Positions 26,263-36,200 of a DNA stretch of 64,000 nt are shown here, in pieces. Below the pieces are notes generated by a model, which was not told where the DNA came from, did no database searches, and saw only the letters and a program-made list of their open reading frames with translations. A program made the translations under genes and the position numbers. The DNA is from Thermodesulfobacteriota bacterium (GTDB lineage: Bacteria; Desulfobacterota; Desulfobacteria; Desulfobacterales; SURF-7), in contig JBMORA010000033.1 in the NCBI GenBank assembly GCA_049320885.1, positions 32,001-96,000 on the forward strand, read 5' to 3'. Numbering within the stretch: the first letter of the stretch is position 1; every line of letters begins with the position of its first letter.

Positions 26263-27978
26263 ATGAGTCAACCCATGATCCGTTCGGAAGCCCATTTTTA
26301 CCAGAACCTGACCCGCAGGATTATTTCGACCATCCTGATCGTGTCGTTCACCCCCATGATTCTGGCCACCGTAATCCTGCTCTACCAGTTCCGGGAGGCC
26401 TATATCGAAAAAACCAACGAACATCTGGTGGAAGTGGTGATGAAGCACAAGCAGAACATCGACGCCTTTCTGAAGGAGCGCCTGAGCAATCTGCGCTTCC
26501 TGTCGGCCAACCGAAGCATAGAGGAACTGATCGATGAACCCTTTCTGCAGGAAAAACTGAATCTGCTCAAAAGAGAATACGGCCTTGTTTTCACGGATCT
26601 GGGCCTCATCAATGACGAAGGGATTCAGATGGCCTATGCAGGCCCCTTCAACCTTGCCAATGCCCGTTATTCGGAAGCCGCCTGGTTTCATCAGGCGATC
26701 AAGACCAGCTACTATATCAGCGATGTGTTCCTGGGTCTGCGGGGGCATCCCCATTTCATCATCGCCGTCCGGCATACATACAGGGGACGATATTGGATTC
26801 TGCGGGCCACCATCGATTTCGCCGCCTTCAACTCCCTGGTGGAAAACCTGCGGGTCGGCAAAACCGGCATCGCCTTTTTGATCAACAAGGAGGGCCAGCT
26901 CCAGACAAAGCCCTCCTTTGATGTCTCCCCGGAAAAAATCGACTACCTGCTGAAAATCTCCCAACAGAATGACAGCGAATTTCATGTGTTCCGGGATTCG
27001 TACGAAGGCGGCGAGCATGTCTTTGTGACCGCCTTTCTGAAAAACCATAACTGGCTGCTGATATTTCAGCAGGACACCAATGACGCCCTGGCGGATGTCG
27101 ATCGTACCGCAAAAATCGCCGCCGTGATCTTTCTGCTGGGCGCCTGCGCCATCCTGCTTATGGCCTTGATTCTGTCCCGGCGGATCGTGCGCATTATCCG
27201 TTCCGCCGACAAGAAAAATGAACTGATGCAGCAACAGGTGGTGGAGACCGGCAAACTGGCCTCCCTGGGAGAACTTGCCGCCGGCATCGCCCATGAAATC
27301 AACAATCCGGTGGCTATCATGGTGGAAGAGGCCGGCTGGATCGGCGATCTGCTGGAAGAGGAAGACCTTCGGCAAAGCAGCAACCTGGAGGAATTCCAAA
27401 AATCCCTCCGGCAAATCCACACCCAGGGCAAACGGTGCAAGGACATTACCCATAAACTGCTCAGCTTCGCCCGAAAAACGGACAGCCAGACCAAGGATGT
27501 TCAGGTCAACGATCTGATAACGGAAATCGTGGCCCTCAGCGCCCAGATGGCCAAATACAACCGGGTGGATATCCGGACCCACCTGCAGAAGGATATCCCG
27601 CGCCTGAACATTTCCCCATCGGAAATGCAGCAGGTGCTGCTGAACATGATCAACAACTCGCTGTATGCGCTGGAAAAACGCGGAGGCGTCATCGATATAA
27701 CCAGCAAGCAGTCCCAGGATCAGGTCTTTATCGATATCGCAGACAACGGTCCGGGAATTCCGGAATCCATTCTGCCACGGATTTTCGATCCTTTTTTTAC
27801 CACCAAACCGGTGGGCAAGGGAACCGGTCTGGGTCTGTCCATCTGTTTCGGCATCATACAGAAAATGGGAGGTGATATCACGGTCAACAGTGCGGTGGAT
27901 ATCGGAACACGGTTCCGGATCAAGCTGCCGCTGAAAGCAGGAACACAGGTTGCAGGAGCTGCCTCCGCGGGCGCCTGA
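26263..27978 (+). CDS. Membrane sensor histidine kinase (Cache-like periplasmic domain)
   Basis: Two TMs, [22 protein letters not shown]-box AGIAHEINNPV, DNGPG, FDPFFTTK, GTGLGL. Confidence 0.93.
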   Translation: MSQPMIRSEAHFYQNLTRRIISTILIVSFTPMILATVILLYQFREAYIEKTNEHLVEVVMKHKQNIDAFLKERLSNLRFLSANRSIEELIDEPFLQEKLNLLKREYGLVFTDLGLINDEGIQMAYAGPFNLANARYSEAAWFHQAIKTSYYISDVFLGLRGHPHFIIAVRHTYRGRYWILRATIDFAAFNSLVENLRVGKTGIAFLINKEGQLQTKPSFDVSPEKIDYLLKISQQNDSEFHVFRDSYEGGEHVFVTAFLKNHNWLLIFQQDTNDALADVDRTAKIAAVIFLLGACAILLMALILSRRIVRIIRSADKKNELMQQQVVETGKLASLGELAAGIAHEINNPVAIMVEEAGWIGDLLEEEDLRQSSNLEEFQKSLRQIHTQGKRCKDITHKLLSFARKTDSQTKDVQVNDLITEIVALSAQMAKYNRVDIRTHLQKDIPRLNISPSEMQQVLLNMINNSLYALEKRGGVIDITSKQSQDQVFIDIADNGPGIPESILPRIFDPFFTTKPVGKGTGLGLSICFGIIQKMGGDITVNSAVDIGTRFRIKLPLKAGTQVAGAASAGA

Positions 27979-28066
27979 AGAGAATCGAGTAGAAACAGGC
28001 CGGCCCGGCCGGAGGCGGTTTTTGGAAAGGACGGTTTACAACAACGCATTGAAGGGAGAACAAGGT

Positions 28067-28498
28067 ATGACCATCGCTAATATATTGCTGGTTGACGACG
28101 AAGTCCCATTCGTGGAGGCCATTCAAAAACGTCTCGTCAAGAGGGAACTCCATGTCCTCTCCGCCCATAGCGGCAAGGAAGCCTTGGCATTGCTGGAAAA
28201 ATCCAAGGACACCGAAGTTGTCATCCTGGACGTCAAAATGCCGGAAATGGACGGAATCCAAACCCTGACGGAAATCAAAAAACGCCATCCCCTCGTGGAG
28301 GTGATCATGCTCACCGGGCATGCCACGGTGGAATCCGCCATCGATGGAATGAAGCAGGGCGCCTATGACTACCTGATGAAGCCTTGCGACATGGATATCC
28401 TCATCACCAAGGTCAAGGAGGCCGCGGACAAGAAAAGAAAGCATGAGGATAAAATCGTCGAGGCGCGCATGAAGGAAATCACCCAGCGCATGGCGTAA
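28067..28498 (+). CDS. Stand-alone response regulator receiver
   Basis: LLVDDE, ILDVKMP, IMLTGH, YLMKP. Confidence 0.92.
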   Translation: MTIANILLVDDEVPFVEAIQKRLVKRELHVLSAHSGKEALALLEKSKDTEVVILDVKMPEMDGIQTLTEIKKRHPLVEVIMLTGHATVESAIDGMKQGAYDYLMKPCDMDILITKVKEAADKKRKHEDKIVEARMKEITQRMA

Positions 28499-28509
28499 GG
28501 ACCCGGGGT

Positions 28510-28932
28510 ATGACGGCACAGTCAACAACAACACGGAATTCGAGACAAAAGCCCATCAGGCTGCTGTTGGTGGACGATGAAATCGCCTACGCCAACGTGC
28601 TGGCCAACCGTCTCGAAAAACGGGGCTGCCGGGTGGTGAAAAGCTACAGCGGCACCGAAGCCGTCCGTGCTCTTCGCCATCAGGAATTCGATGTGGCGGT
28701 TCTGGACTTGAAAATGGAAGACATGAGCGGCATCGAAGTGCTGAAGATTTTCAAAAAACTGGCGCCCGAAATGGAAGTCATCATGCTCACCGGCCATGGT
28801 TCCGAAACAGCGGCCAGGGAAGGCATGGAAACCGGCGCTTTTGATTATCTTACCAAGCCATGTGAAATAGACGAATTGCTGCCGAAAATCACGGCGGCCT
28901 ATCAGGCGAAACAAGGAAGCATGGAAGGATGA
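28510..28932 (+). CDS. Stand-alone response regulator receiver
   Basis: LLVDDE, VLDLKME, IMLTGH, YLTKP. Confidence 0.92.
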   Translation: MTAQSTTTRNSRQKPIRLLLVDDEIAYANVLANRLEKRGCRVVKSYSGTEAVRALRHQEFDVAVLDLKMEDMSGIEVLKIFKKLAPEMEVIMLTGHGSETAAREGMETGAFDYLTKPCEIDELLPKITAAYQAKQGSMEG

Positions 28933-29017
28933 ATCCCCCTTGCCGGGGGACGACGGTCACCCATGGCCGCAACAACGGCAACGGAAGATTCAAAGAACGT
29001 GAGGAGAGACGGAAGCA

Positions 29018-29416
29018 ATGGAATCCATTACGGTGCTGCTGGTGGATGACGAGGAACGTTTTGTCACCTCAAATGCAAAACTGCTGAATAAGTTGGGATT
29101 TAGAGTTCTGACCGCCATGAGCGGGGATGCGGCCATACAAATCCTGGAAAGCAATGACGTGGATGTGGCCGTTGTGGATGTCAAGATGCCGGGCATGGAT
29201 GGAATCACCCTGCTGACCGTCATGAAAAAACGATTCCCCTTGGTGGAAGTGGTGATGCTCACCGGGAACGCCACGTTTGAATCCGCTGTTTCCGGTCTGA
29301 AAATCGGCGCCAGTGATTATCTCATGAAGCCGGCGGATCTGGACGAACTGGTTCTGAAGATACGGGAGGCGAATGAAAAACGCAAAATCCAGCTGGAAAA
29401 AACCCGCCCGCGTTAA
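29018..29416 (+). CDS. Stand-alone response regulator receiver
   Basis: LLVDDE, VVDVKMP, VMLTGN, YLMKP. Confidence 0.92.
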   Translation: MESITVLLVDDEERFVTSNAKLLNKLGFRVLTAMSGDAAIQILESNDVDVAVVDVKMPGMDGITLLTVMKKRFPLVEVVMLTGNATFESAVSGLKIGASDYLMKPADLDELVLKIREANEKRKIQLEKTRPR

Positions 29417-29461
29417 TGGAGACGGGGACAGCTTCCCCGGGAAAGGGATCGAGGTGCGTAA

Positions 29462-29878
29462 ATGAAAGTTCTATTCGTCGACGATGAGTCCGTTTTTCTG
29501 GATGTCATTCTCCGTCGCATGAAAAAACGCAATATTGACGCCCATGGCGCAACCGACGGTGATCGGGCCATCGAACTGATGGAAAAAAACAATTTCGATG
29601 TCGCGGTTCTCGATGTCAAAATGCCCGGGAGCAGAAGCGGCATTGAATTGCTGAAGGAGATTAAAGTTCGTTGGCCTCTCATCGAAGTGATCATGCTCAC
29701 CGGCCACGCCATGCTCGAGGCAGCCAGAGACGGCATGGAAAACGGGGCGTTCGACTATATCGTCAAGCCGGCGGACACCGACGAACTGTTCTATAAAATC
29801 AATGACGCTTATCAGAAGAAGTCCCTGCAGGAAATGAAAATCAGGCATATCGATAGTATCATGAAGGACAAGAAATAA
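29462..29878 (+). CDS. Stand-alone response regulator receiver
   Basis: LFVDDE, VLDVKMP, IMLTGH, YIVKP. Confidence 0.92.
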   Translation: MKVLFVDDESVFLDVILRRMKKRNIDAHGATDGDRAIELMEKNNFDVAVLDVKMPGSRSGIELLKEIKVRWPLIEVIMLTGHAMLEAARDGMENGAFDYIVKPADTDELFYKINDAYQKKSLQEMKIRHIDSIMKDKK

Positions 29879-29910
29879 AAAACAAGCAATTTATCAAGGA
29901 GGTTTGCAAC

Positions 29911-31191
29911 ATGAATTGGTTAACGACAACAGGCCGATTTCTCATGGCCGGCGCGAAAGCCCACGCGGACTGGGAAATCAGTACGGCCAACACCATTCTG
30001 ACATCCAGAAAGCGCCTGGCGGTACTGGGCCTGATGCTGCTCCCGATCCTGATCGGCGGGATCGTGTTCGCCGAGGATATCGCCACCGAACTCCCCAAAT
30101 ACCTGGGAGGAAAAACCGCTTACAGTCCATCCTTTTTCACCATGGGGGTTTTTGTTTCCTCCATTTTCATCGGGCTTTGCGCCGGTTTGATCACCGGCTG
30201 CATCGGCGCGGGCGGCGGGTTCATCATTGCCCCGGCGTTGATGAGCGCGGGCATCAAGGGTATCCTGGCGGTGGGCACCGATCTCTTCCATATTTTCGCA
30301 AAAGCCATCATGGGCAGCGTGCTGCATAAGAAGCTCGGCAACATCTCCGTGGCCCTGGCCCTCATTTTTCTGATCGGCTCGGTTTTCGGCGCCACCCTCG
30401 GCGGTTATATCAACCGCGTCCTGTACGAACTGAATCCGATCATCAGCGACGCCTTCATCACCACCATCTATGTGCTGATGCTGGGCGCCCTGGGAGCCTA
30501 TTCCCTCCTGGATTATTTCAAGGCCAGAAAAGCCGGCGGCGGCGGCGATGCCCACGGCGGGAATGCCGAAGGCACCGAAATGGGCAATCTGCCGAAAAAA
30601 CTCCAGGCCATCAATCTGCCCCCCATGGTATCCTTTGACCAGGGCATCATCCCCGGCGGGCGCCATATCTCCTCGTGGTTCCTGATCTTGAGCGGATTTG
30701 CGGTGGGTCTTTGCGCCGCCATCATGGGTGTGGGCGGCGGCTTCCTGACCTTCCCGATTTTTGTATATGTTCTGGGTGTTTCCTCCATGACCACTGTGGG
30801 AACGGACATTTTCCAGATCATTTTCACCGCCGGGTATGCCGCCATTGGACAATACGCGATCTACGGTTTTATTTTTTACACCCTGGCCATGGGCATGCTG
30901 CTGGGTTCCCTGCTGGGCATTCAAATCGGCGCCATGGCCACCAAGGTCGTAAAAGGCATCACCATCCGCGGCTTTTACGCCATGGCGGTTCTGGCGGGAT
31001 TCATCAACCGCTTTTTCGCCCTGCCGTCCAAATTGTCCTCCGTGGGCGCCTTTCCACTGTCGAAAGAACTCGCCGGCACCCTGGATACCATCGGTATCTG
31101 GCTTTTCTTCGTGTTTATTTCCATTTTCGCCGTCTGGGTGATCGGTACATTTGTGATGAACATTAAAAAATTAAAAGGTGAGGAGGCGTAA
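29911..31191 (+). CDS. TauE/SafE (TSUP) family permease
   Basis: Duplicated GCIGAGGGF / AIMGVGGGF and VGTD motifs; many TM segments. Confidence 0.88.
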   Translation: MNWLTTTGRFLMAGAKAHADWEISTANTILTSRKRLAVLGLMLLPILIGGIVFAEDIATELPKYLGGKTAYSPSFFTMGVFVSSIFIGLCAGLITGCIGAGGGFIIAPALMSAGIKGILAVGTDLFHIFAKAIMGSVLHKKLGNISVALALIFLIGSVFGATLGGYINRVLYELNPIISDAFITTIYVLMLGALGAYSLLDYFKARKAGGGGDAHGGNAEGTEMGNLPKKLQAINLPPMVSFDQGIIPGGRHISSWFLILSGFAVGLCAAIMGVGGGFLTFPIFVYVLGVSSMTTVGTDIFQIIFTAGYAAIGQYAIYGFIFYTLAMGMLLGSLLGIQIGAMATKVVKGITIRGFYAMAVLAGFINRFFALPSKLSSVGAFPLSKELAGTLDTIGIWLFFVFISIFAVWVIGTFVMNIKKLKGEEA

Positions 31192-31196
31192 GCGTT

Positions 31197-31889
31197 ATGA
31201 TAACCGACAAGAAAGAATTCTATGGCGGCGCCGCCATGATGGCCGGTTTTTTGGCCGTACTGTTCATTATGTTTCTGCCCCTGTTCGAGGGCCAAAAAAA
31301 CAGCTTGAATTATCTGGACGACTTGTTTAATTCCATATCCAAAAACTCGGCTTACTATATTCCGACAATCAAAACGAATGTGGCCAAATCGGAAACCGGA
31401 AAAAATCTGACCCTCGATCTTTCATTGGATTCGGACACCCTGGCCAAGGAAGGCGCCCTGCTGCTCCAGAAAAGCGGCGCTTCGGTCGCTGTGGATGGCA
31501 AATCCATACATGCCGTCGGAGATCTGGGTCTGATGCTGGGTAATTGCCTGGATGACGCGGACACCCTGTTTAACAACAATGGACAGGCCCTTCAGGACAA
31601 ATACGGAATCGAAGGGAAAAAAACCCTCTTCGTCTGGCACAGCATTTTGAAGTCTTTACAAAAGGCCTTGGACAAACAGGAAAAATTCGATGAAAGCAAG
31701 GTCGTTTACACGGTCATGACCAAGGCCGTGGAATGCGCCTACAATTATTATCGGGTGGTGCCCCAGAAAATGTCCGAACGCCTGGGAATGGTCGTTTTTT
31801 CGCTTGTCTTTTATGTCATTTACACCATGTGGTACGGCTATGCGATTTTATATTTGTTTGAAGGCTGGGGACTTCAGATCAGTCACTAA
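31197..31889 (+). CDS. Membrane protein of unknown function coupled to the TauE gene
   Basis: N- and C-terminal TMs around a soluble loop; LDDLFNSISK.SAYYIP, VECAYNYY; 5 nt after the TauE stop. Confidence 0.8.
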   Translation: MITDKKEFYGGAAMMAGFLAVLFIMFLPLFEGQKNSLNYLDDLFNSISKNSAYYIPTIKTNVAKSETGKNLTLDLSLDSDTLAKEGALLLQKSGASVAVDGKSIHAVGDLGLMLGNCLDDADTLFNNNGQALQDKYGIEGKKTLFVWHSILKSLQKALDKQEKFDESKVVYTVMTKAVECAYNYYRVVPQKMSERLGMVVFSLVFYVIYTMWYGYAILYLFEGWGLQISH

Positions 31890-31907
31890 TCCGGCGATTT
31901 GTATCCC

Positions 31908-34520
31908 ATGAAGTGGATAACGGATTTTTTCAAGCGCCGTTTCGGAGCGAGGAAGCAGGAAGACGATCCGGGCACCGAAGAACTGCGCATCGCGTTCAAG
32001 GAGCGCTATAATCATTTTAAATTGTTGCTGAGCGCCAACAACAAAGCGCTCGAAATCATGACCGGCATCGAGCAGGTGCTGCAGGGAAAACAGCCTTTCG
32101 GCATGGCGTTTGTCAGAAGCAATTGCATCGCCATCACGGTGAACCTGCTGCGCCTGCTCAAAAGCCTGGAGCATATCAGCGCGGGAAAATACAATGCATT
32201 GTATGCGCGTTTTGACGAGATCTGCCACACCATCCAAACCATCATCGAACAGAAACGGGAGGAAACGGACGAGCGCTTCATCATTCCGCTGAACACCATC
32301 ACCCGCACCATGTCCGATCTCGTGGGCAACAAGATGGCGAATCTAGGCGAAATCCAAAACCGCATCCACCTGAAAGTGCCGGATGGATTCGCCATTACCG
32401 CCCACGCCTACCGGCGGTTCATCGAATTCAACGACCTCCAGACGGAAATCGACCGGCGCTACATCGCCACCGATATCACCGACATGGAAGCGCTTTACAG
32501 CCTGAGCGCCGGAATCCGAGAACTTATCCTTTCATCCTCCCTGCCCGGGGAACTCGAGGCGGCGATTCGCCAAGCCACCACCATCCTGGAAAAGGGGATG
32601 GATCGAAAAATCACCCTGGCCCTCCGCAGCAGCGCCATGGGCGAAGACTCGGCGGAGAATTCCTTTGCCGGTCAGTATCATTCGGAACTGAACGTCCTCC
32701 CGGAAAACGTGTTGACGACCTACAAGGAAATCATCGCCAGCAAATACAGCCTGACCGCCGTCACCTATCGGCTCAACAAAGGAATCCGGGATGAAGACAT
32801 CGCCATGAGCGTCGGCTGCATCGCCATGGTGGACGCCCGCTCCGGCGGGGTCATGTATTCGCGCAATCCCATCGACATCGCCGACACTTCCGTCTTCATC
32901 AACGCCGCCTGGGGCCTGCCCAAGGCAGTGGTGGACGGCAGTATCGACGGGGATTTGTTTGTCGTCAACCGAATGAATCCATTGCAGATCGTGCATAAGG
33001 ACATCCGGCGGAAAGACGCCCGGTTCCTGTGTTTTGCCGAAAACAGCGCCTGCCGTTTTGAGATCACCGGGCAATCCGGCGAGCAGCCCTCCATTCGTGA
33101 TGACGAGGCCCTGACCTTGGCGAAACTCGCCTTGAGCATGGAACAGTATTACGGTTCGGCCCAGGACATCGAGTGGGCCATTGATCAGAAGGGGACGGTC
33201 TTCATCCTTCAAACCCGCCCGCTGCAGCAGATGGACCGTGTCCCGCCGAATTACCCGGATGAAGTAAAATGGAAATCGGAAGAAAACGTGCTTGCCGGCG
33301 GTGGAATCGCCGTCTGCCCCGGGGTCGCCAGCGGGGAAGTGTTCATCGTGAATCATCCGGGCGACATGGTTCATTTCCCCCGGGGCGGCATCCTGGTCGC
33401 CCGCCAGGCGCTGCCCGTCTGGGCATCCCTGCTGAGCCGGGCAGCGGCCGTTATCACCGAGCAAGGCACTTTTGCCGGACATCTCGCCAATGTGGCCCGT
33501 GAATTCAAAGTCCCCGCCCTCTTCGGGTTGAAGGACATCACCACCCTTCTGAAAAACGGCGATCTTGTCACCCTGGACACGTCTTGCCTGTGCCTTTATA
33601 AAGGCAAGATCGATCTGCCTGCCGTGGAAACGGAAACCGTCCGCGGCTCCATCGAGGGCAGCCCTGTATATAAAATCCTGCTGGAAGCCAGTAAGCACAT
33701 AATCCCCTTGACCCTGCTGGATCCCTATGCCCCGGAATTCAAGCCTGAAAACTGCCTCACTTTTCACGATATCACGCGCTTTTCCCATGAAAAGGCCGTC
33801 CAGGAGATGTTCGATTTCGGGAAGTCCCATAATTTCTCCGAAAGATCCAGCAAACAGTTGTATTACAAAGTCCCCATGCAGTGGTGGGTCTTGAATCTGG
33901 ACGATGGTTTCACGGAAGAAGTCAAAGGCAAATACATCCGGCTCGACAACATCGCCTGCATCCCCATGCTGGCCTTATGGGAGGGAATCGTCGCCGTTCC
34001 CTGGAGCGGACCGCCGCCCATCGACGGCAAGGGGCTTGTCTCCGTCATGTTCCAATCCACGGCCAACCGGGCCCTGGAACCGGGCCTTCGTTCGGCCTAC
34101 ACCGAACGCAATTACTTCATGATTTCCAAACATTTCTGCAGCTTCACCTCCCGCCTGGGATATCATTTTTCCACCGTGGAGGCCCTGGTCAGCGAAAGGA
34201 CCTCTGAAAATTATATCAATTTCCGGTTCAAGGGCGGCGCCGCGGACAGCCAGCGGCGCATCCGGCGGGTCCAATTCATCGGCGATATCCTGACGGATAA
34301 CTCCTTCCGGGTCGAAACCAAGGAGGACAACCTGGTGGCCCGCATTGAAGGCTACGAAATCGGTTTCATGCTGGAGCGGGTTAAAATCCTCGGATACCTG
34401 ACCATGCATACCCGCCAACTGGATATGATCATGTCGAACAGTGTGGCCATCCAACACTATCGAACCCAGATCGATCACGATATTAAAACCCACCTGCTGA
34501 GTAAGCCGCCACTTGTCTAG
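31908..34520 (+). CDS. PEP synthase/PPDK-like protein (ATP-grasp plus phospho-His swivel, unknown C-terminal domain)
   Basis: VGNKMANLGE, VPDGFAIT, ALRSSA.GED...SFAGQY, QDIEWAID, ILQTRP, AGHLANVARE. Confidence 0.88.
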   Translation: MKWITDFFKRRFGARKQEDDPGTEELRIAFKERYNHFKLLLSANNKALEIMTGIEQVLQGKQPFGMAFVRSNCIAITVNLLRLLKSLEHISAGKYNALYARFDEICHTIQTIIEQKREETDERFIIPLNTITRTMSDLVGNKMANLGEIQNRIHLKVPDGFAITAHAYRRFIEFNDLQTEIDRRYIATDITDMEALYSLSAGIRELILSSSLPGELEAAIRQATTILEKGMDRKITLALRSSAMGEDSAENSFAGQYHSELNVLPENVLTTYKEIIASKYSLTAVTYRLNKGIRDEDIAMSVGCIAMVDARSGGVMYSRNPIDIADTSVFINAAWGLPKAVVDGSIDGDLFVVNRMNPLQIVHKDIRRKDARFLCFAENSACRFEITGQSGEQPSIRDDEALTLAKLALSMEQYYGSAQDIEWAIDQKGTVFILQTRPLQQMDRVPPNYPDEVKWKSEENVLAGGGIAVCPGVASGEVFIVNHPGDMVHFPRGGILVARQALPVWASLLSRAAAVITEQGTFAGHLANVAREFKVPALFGLKDITTLLKNGDLVTLDTSCLCLYKGKIDLPAVETETVRGSIEGSPVYKILLEASKHIIPLTLLDPYAPEFKPENCLTFHDITRFSHEKAVQEMFDFGKSHNFSERSSKQLYYKVPMQWWVLNLDDGFTEEVKGKYIRLDNIACIPMLALWEGIVAVPWSGPPPIDGKGLVSVMFQSTANRALEPGLRSAYTERNYFMISKHFCSFTSRLGYHFSTVEALVSERTSENYINFRFKGGAADSQRRIRRVQFIGDILTDNSFRVETKEDNLVARIEGYEIGFMLERVKILGYLTMHTRQLDMIMSNSVAIQHYRTQIDHDIKTHLLSKPPLV

Positions 34521-34559
34521 CGGGCGGATTTCAGGTACGGGCAAGCCCGAAAAGAAATA

Positions 34560-34575
34560 TGGCACGAGGGTTGCT
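34560..34575 (+). promoter_or_regulatory. Sigma54 -24/-12 promoter
   Basis: TGGCACG-AGGG-TTGCT, consensus match, about 105 nt upstream of the PAS gene. Confidence 0.8.
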
Positions 34576-34681
34576 TTTCGTTATTCCGTCACTGCAGTGG
34601 AACTGACCGCCCATAAGCCGGAGAACCCATCGATTCCCCCGGCCATGGCGGTCCAAGAAAGGAGCCAACCGCATAATAACG

Positions 34682-36154
34682 ATGAATGAACCTATCGCCA
34701 TCTGCGATTCGGAGACCAATCCCATCCCGTATCGGCAGATCCTTTCCATGATCAGCCAGGGCATCGCCGTTCTCTCGGAAGGGATTGTCGTTTACGCCAA
34801 CGCCGCCTTATGCGACATCGCCGGAAAGAACCGGGGTGAGATGATCGGCCATATGTTTTTGGACCTCGTCGCCGACATGGACCGTTCCAGAATCGCATTG
34901 TATTTGCAGAACCTGCATGAAACGACGGGCGAGGATATCATTTTCCGCGTTCATCGGAGCAAGACCGCCGGCAGGGATGTGATGATGAAAGCCCTGCCCG
35001 TCCATCTCCAGGGCGTCTATTGCCATAACCGGGGCATCTGCTGCTGTGTAACGGATATCACCCTGCACCTGGATCATTTCCAGGCGCTGCAGCGGGAGAA
35101 CCGCCGCATGAGAAGTCTTCTGGACGATACGGAAAGCGTTCTCCTGTCGCTCGCCCCGCATGATTGCGAGGATATCCTGTCGGTCAATCGGCATGTGGAG
35201 GCCATGATCGGCTGTTCGGTAAAGGATCTGAAAAACGGTCGGAGGCACTGGTTCGATTTTGTTCATCCGGATTTTTTGAACCAGGTGACGGCGTTTTACA
35301 AAAAGTTTCCGGACACCTTCGAAAACGAAACCCTGGAATACGTCGTTATCGGCAACGACAAGAGCCCCAGATGGGTCCGGGATACCGGGAATGTACTGTT
35401 TGTGGAACGGGGACACGGCATGCCCCGCCGCGTCGACCATACCATCGTGGATATCACCGAACAGAAACAACGTGAAGTTGAGTTGGAGGCGGAAAGGACC
35501 AAACTGGCGAGCATTATCCGTAACAGCACGGACATGATCTACCGCGTGGATTATGAAGGTAATTTCCTGGATCTCAATCCCGCCGGAATTCAATTGCTCG
35601 GTCTGGAGGAAGGCTTCCGCACCAGAAAAATATTGGATTTTTATGTCGATCCGAAACAGCGCGACCGGCTGCTGAAAAACTGTGAAACAACCGCAGGCTG
35701 TGCCCAGCAGGTGGCCAAATGGCGACTCGGTGACGGGAAACAGATTGACGTGGTCATCAACGTCGTGGCGGAAAAGGATATGACGGGCCGGATAGTCTCC
35801 TTTCACGGAATCGTCCACAATGTCACCCAGACCCTGGAGATGCAAAAACTGGAATCCGTCAAGAAAATGGCCGGCGGTCTGAGCGATCACATCAACACGC
35901 CGTTGATGATCATTTCCGTCAACATATCCCAGATGAGAGAGATTCTGGATGCCGCAACCATTGACAAGGAAGAGCTCATCACCTGCCTGGACGAAATGAA
36001 GATCGCCTTCTCGAAAATCGTCGAACCCCTGAAAGCCGTCCGCGATACCTACTGGAAAATAGAAGAAGTGCCGGACGGCGTCGGCGGAACCATATACGAG
36101 ATCCATGACGGCAGGGAAGCAAAACGAAAGGGCCTCCCCGGATATGCCGAATAG
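34682..36154 (+). CDS. Triple-PAS protein with degenerate HisKA-like segment and no ATPase domain
   Basis: PAS signatures (YANAA, FVHPD, WVRD, DITEQK, DLNPAG); MAGGLSDHINTPL; no N/G/F boxes. Confidence 0.8.
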   Translation: MNEPIAICDSETNPIPYRQILSMISQGIAVLSEGIVVYANAALCDIAGKNRGEMIGHMFLDLVADMDRSRIALYLQNLHETTGEDIIFRVHRSKTAGRDVMMKALPVHLQGVYCHNRGICCCVTDITLHLDHFQALQRENRRMRSLLDDTESVLLSLAPHDCEDILSVNRHVEAMIGCSVKDLKNGRRHWFDFVHPDFLNQVTAFYKKFPDTFENETLEYVVIGNDKSPRWVRDTGNVLFVERGHGMPRRVDHTIVDITEQKQREVELEAERTKLASIIRNSTDMIYRVDYEGNFLDLNPAGIQLLGLEEGFRTRKILDFYVDPKQRDRLLKNCETTAGCAQQVAKWRLGDGKQIDVVINVVAEKDMTGRIVSFHGIVHNVTQTLEMQKLESVKKMAGGLSDHINTPLMIISVNISQMREILDAATIDKEELITCLDEMKIAFSKIVEPLKAVRDTYWKIEEVPDGVGGTIYEIHDGREAKRKGLPGYAE

Positions 36155-36200
36155 TCTATCCGAGCCAACCGTCTCACCCCTCATCGGCAGGAGCGGAAAC

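Noticed and set aside
34599..34653. Long imperfect hairpin in the PAS gene 5' UTR as a regulatory RNA
   Set aside because: No alternative structure, terminator or known motif; could be chance in GC-rich sequence
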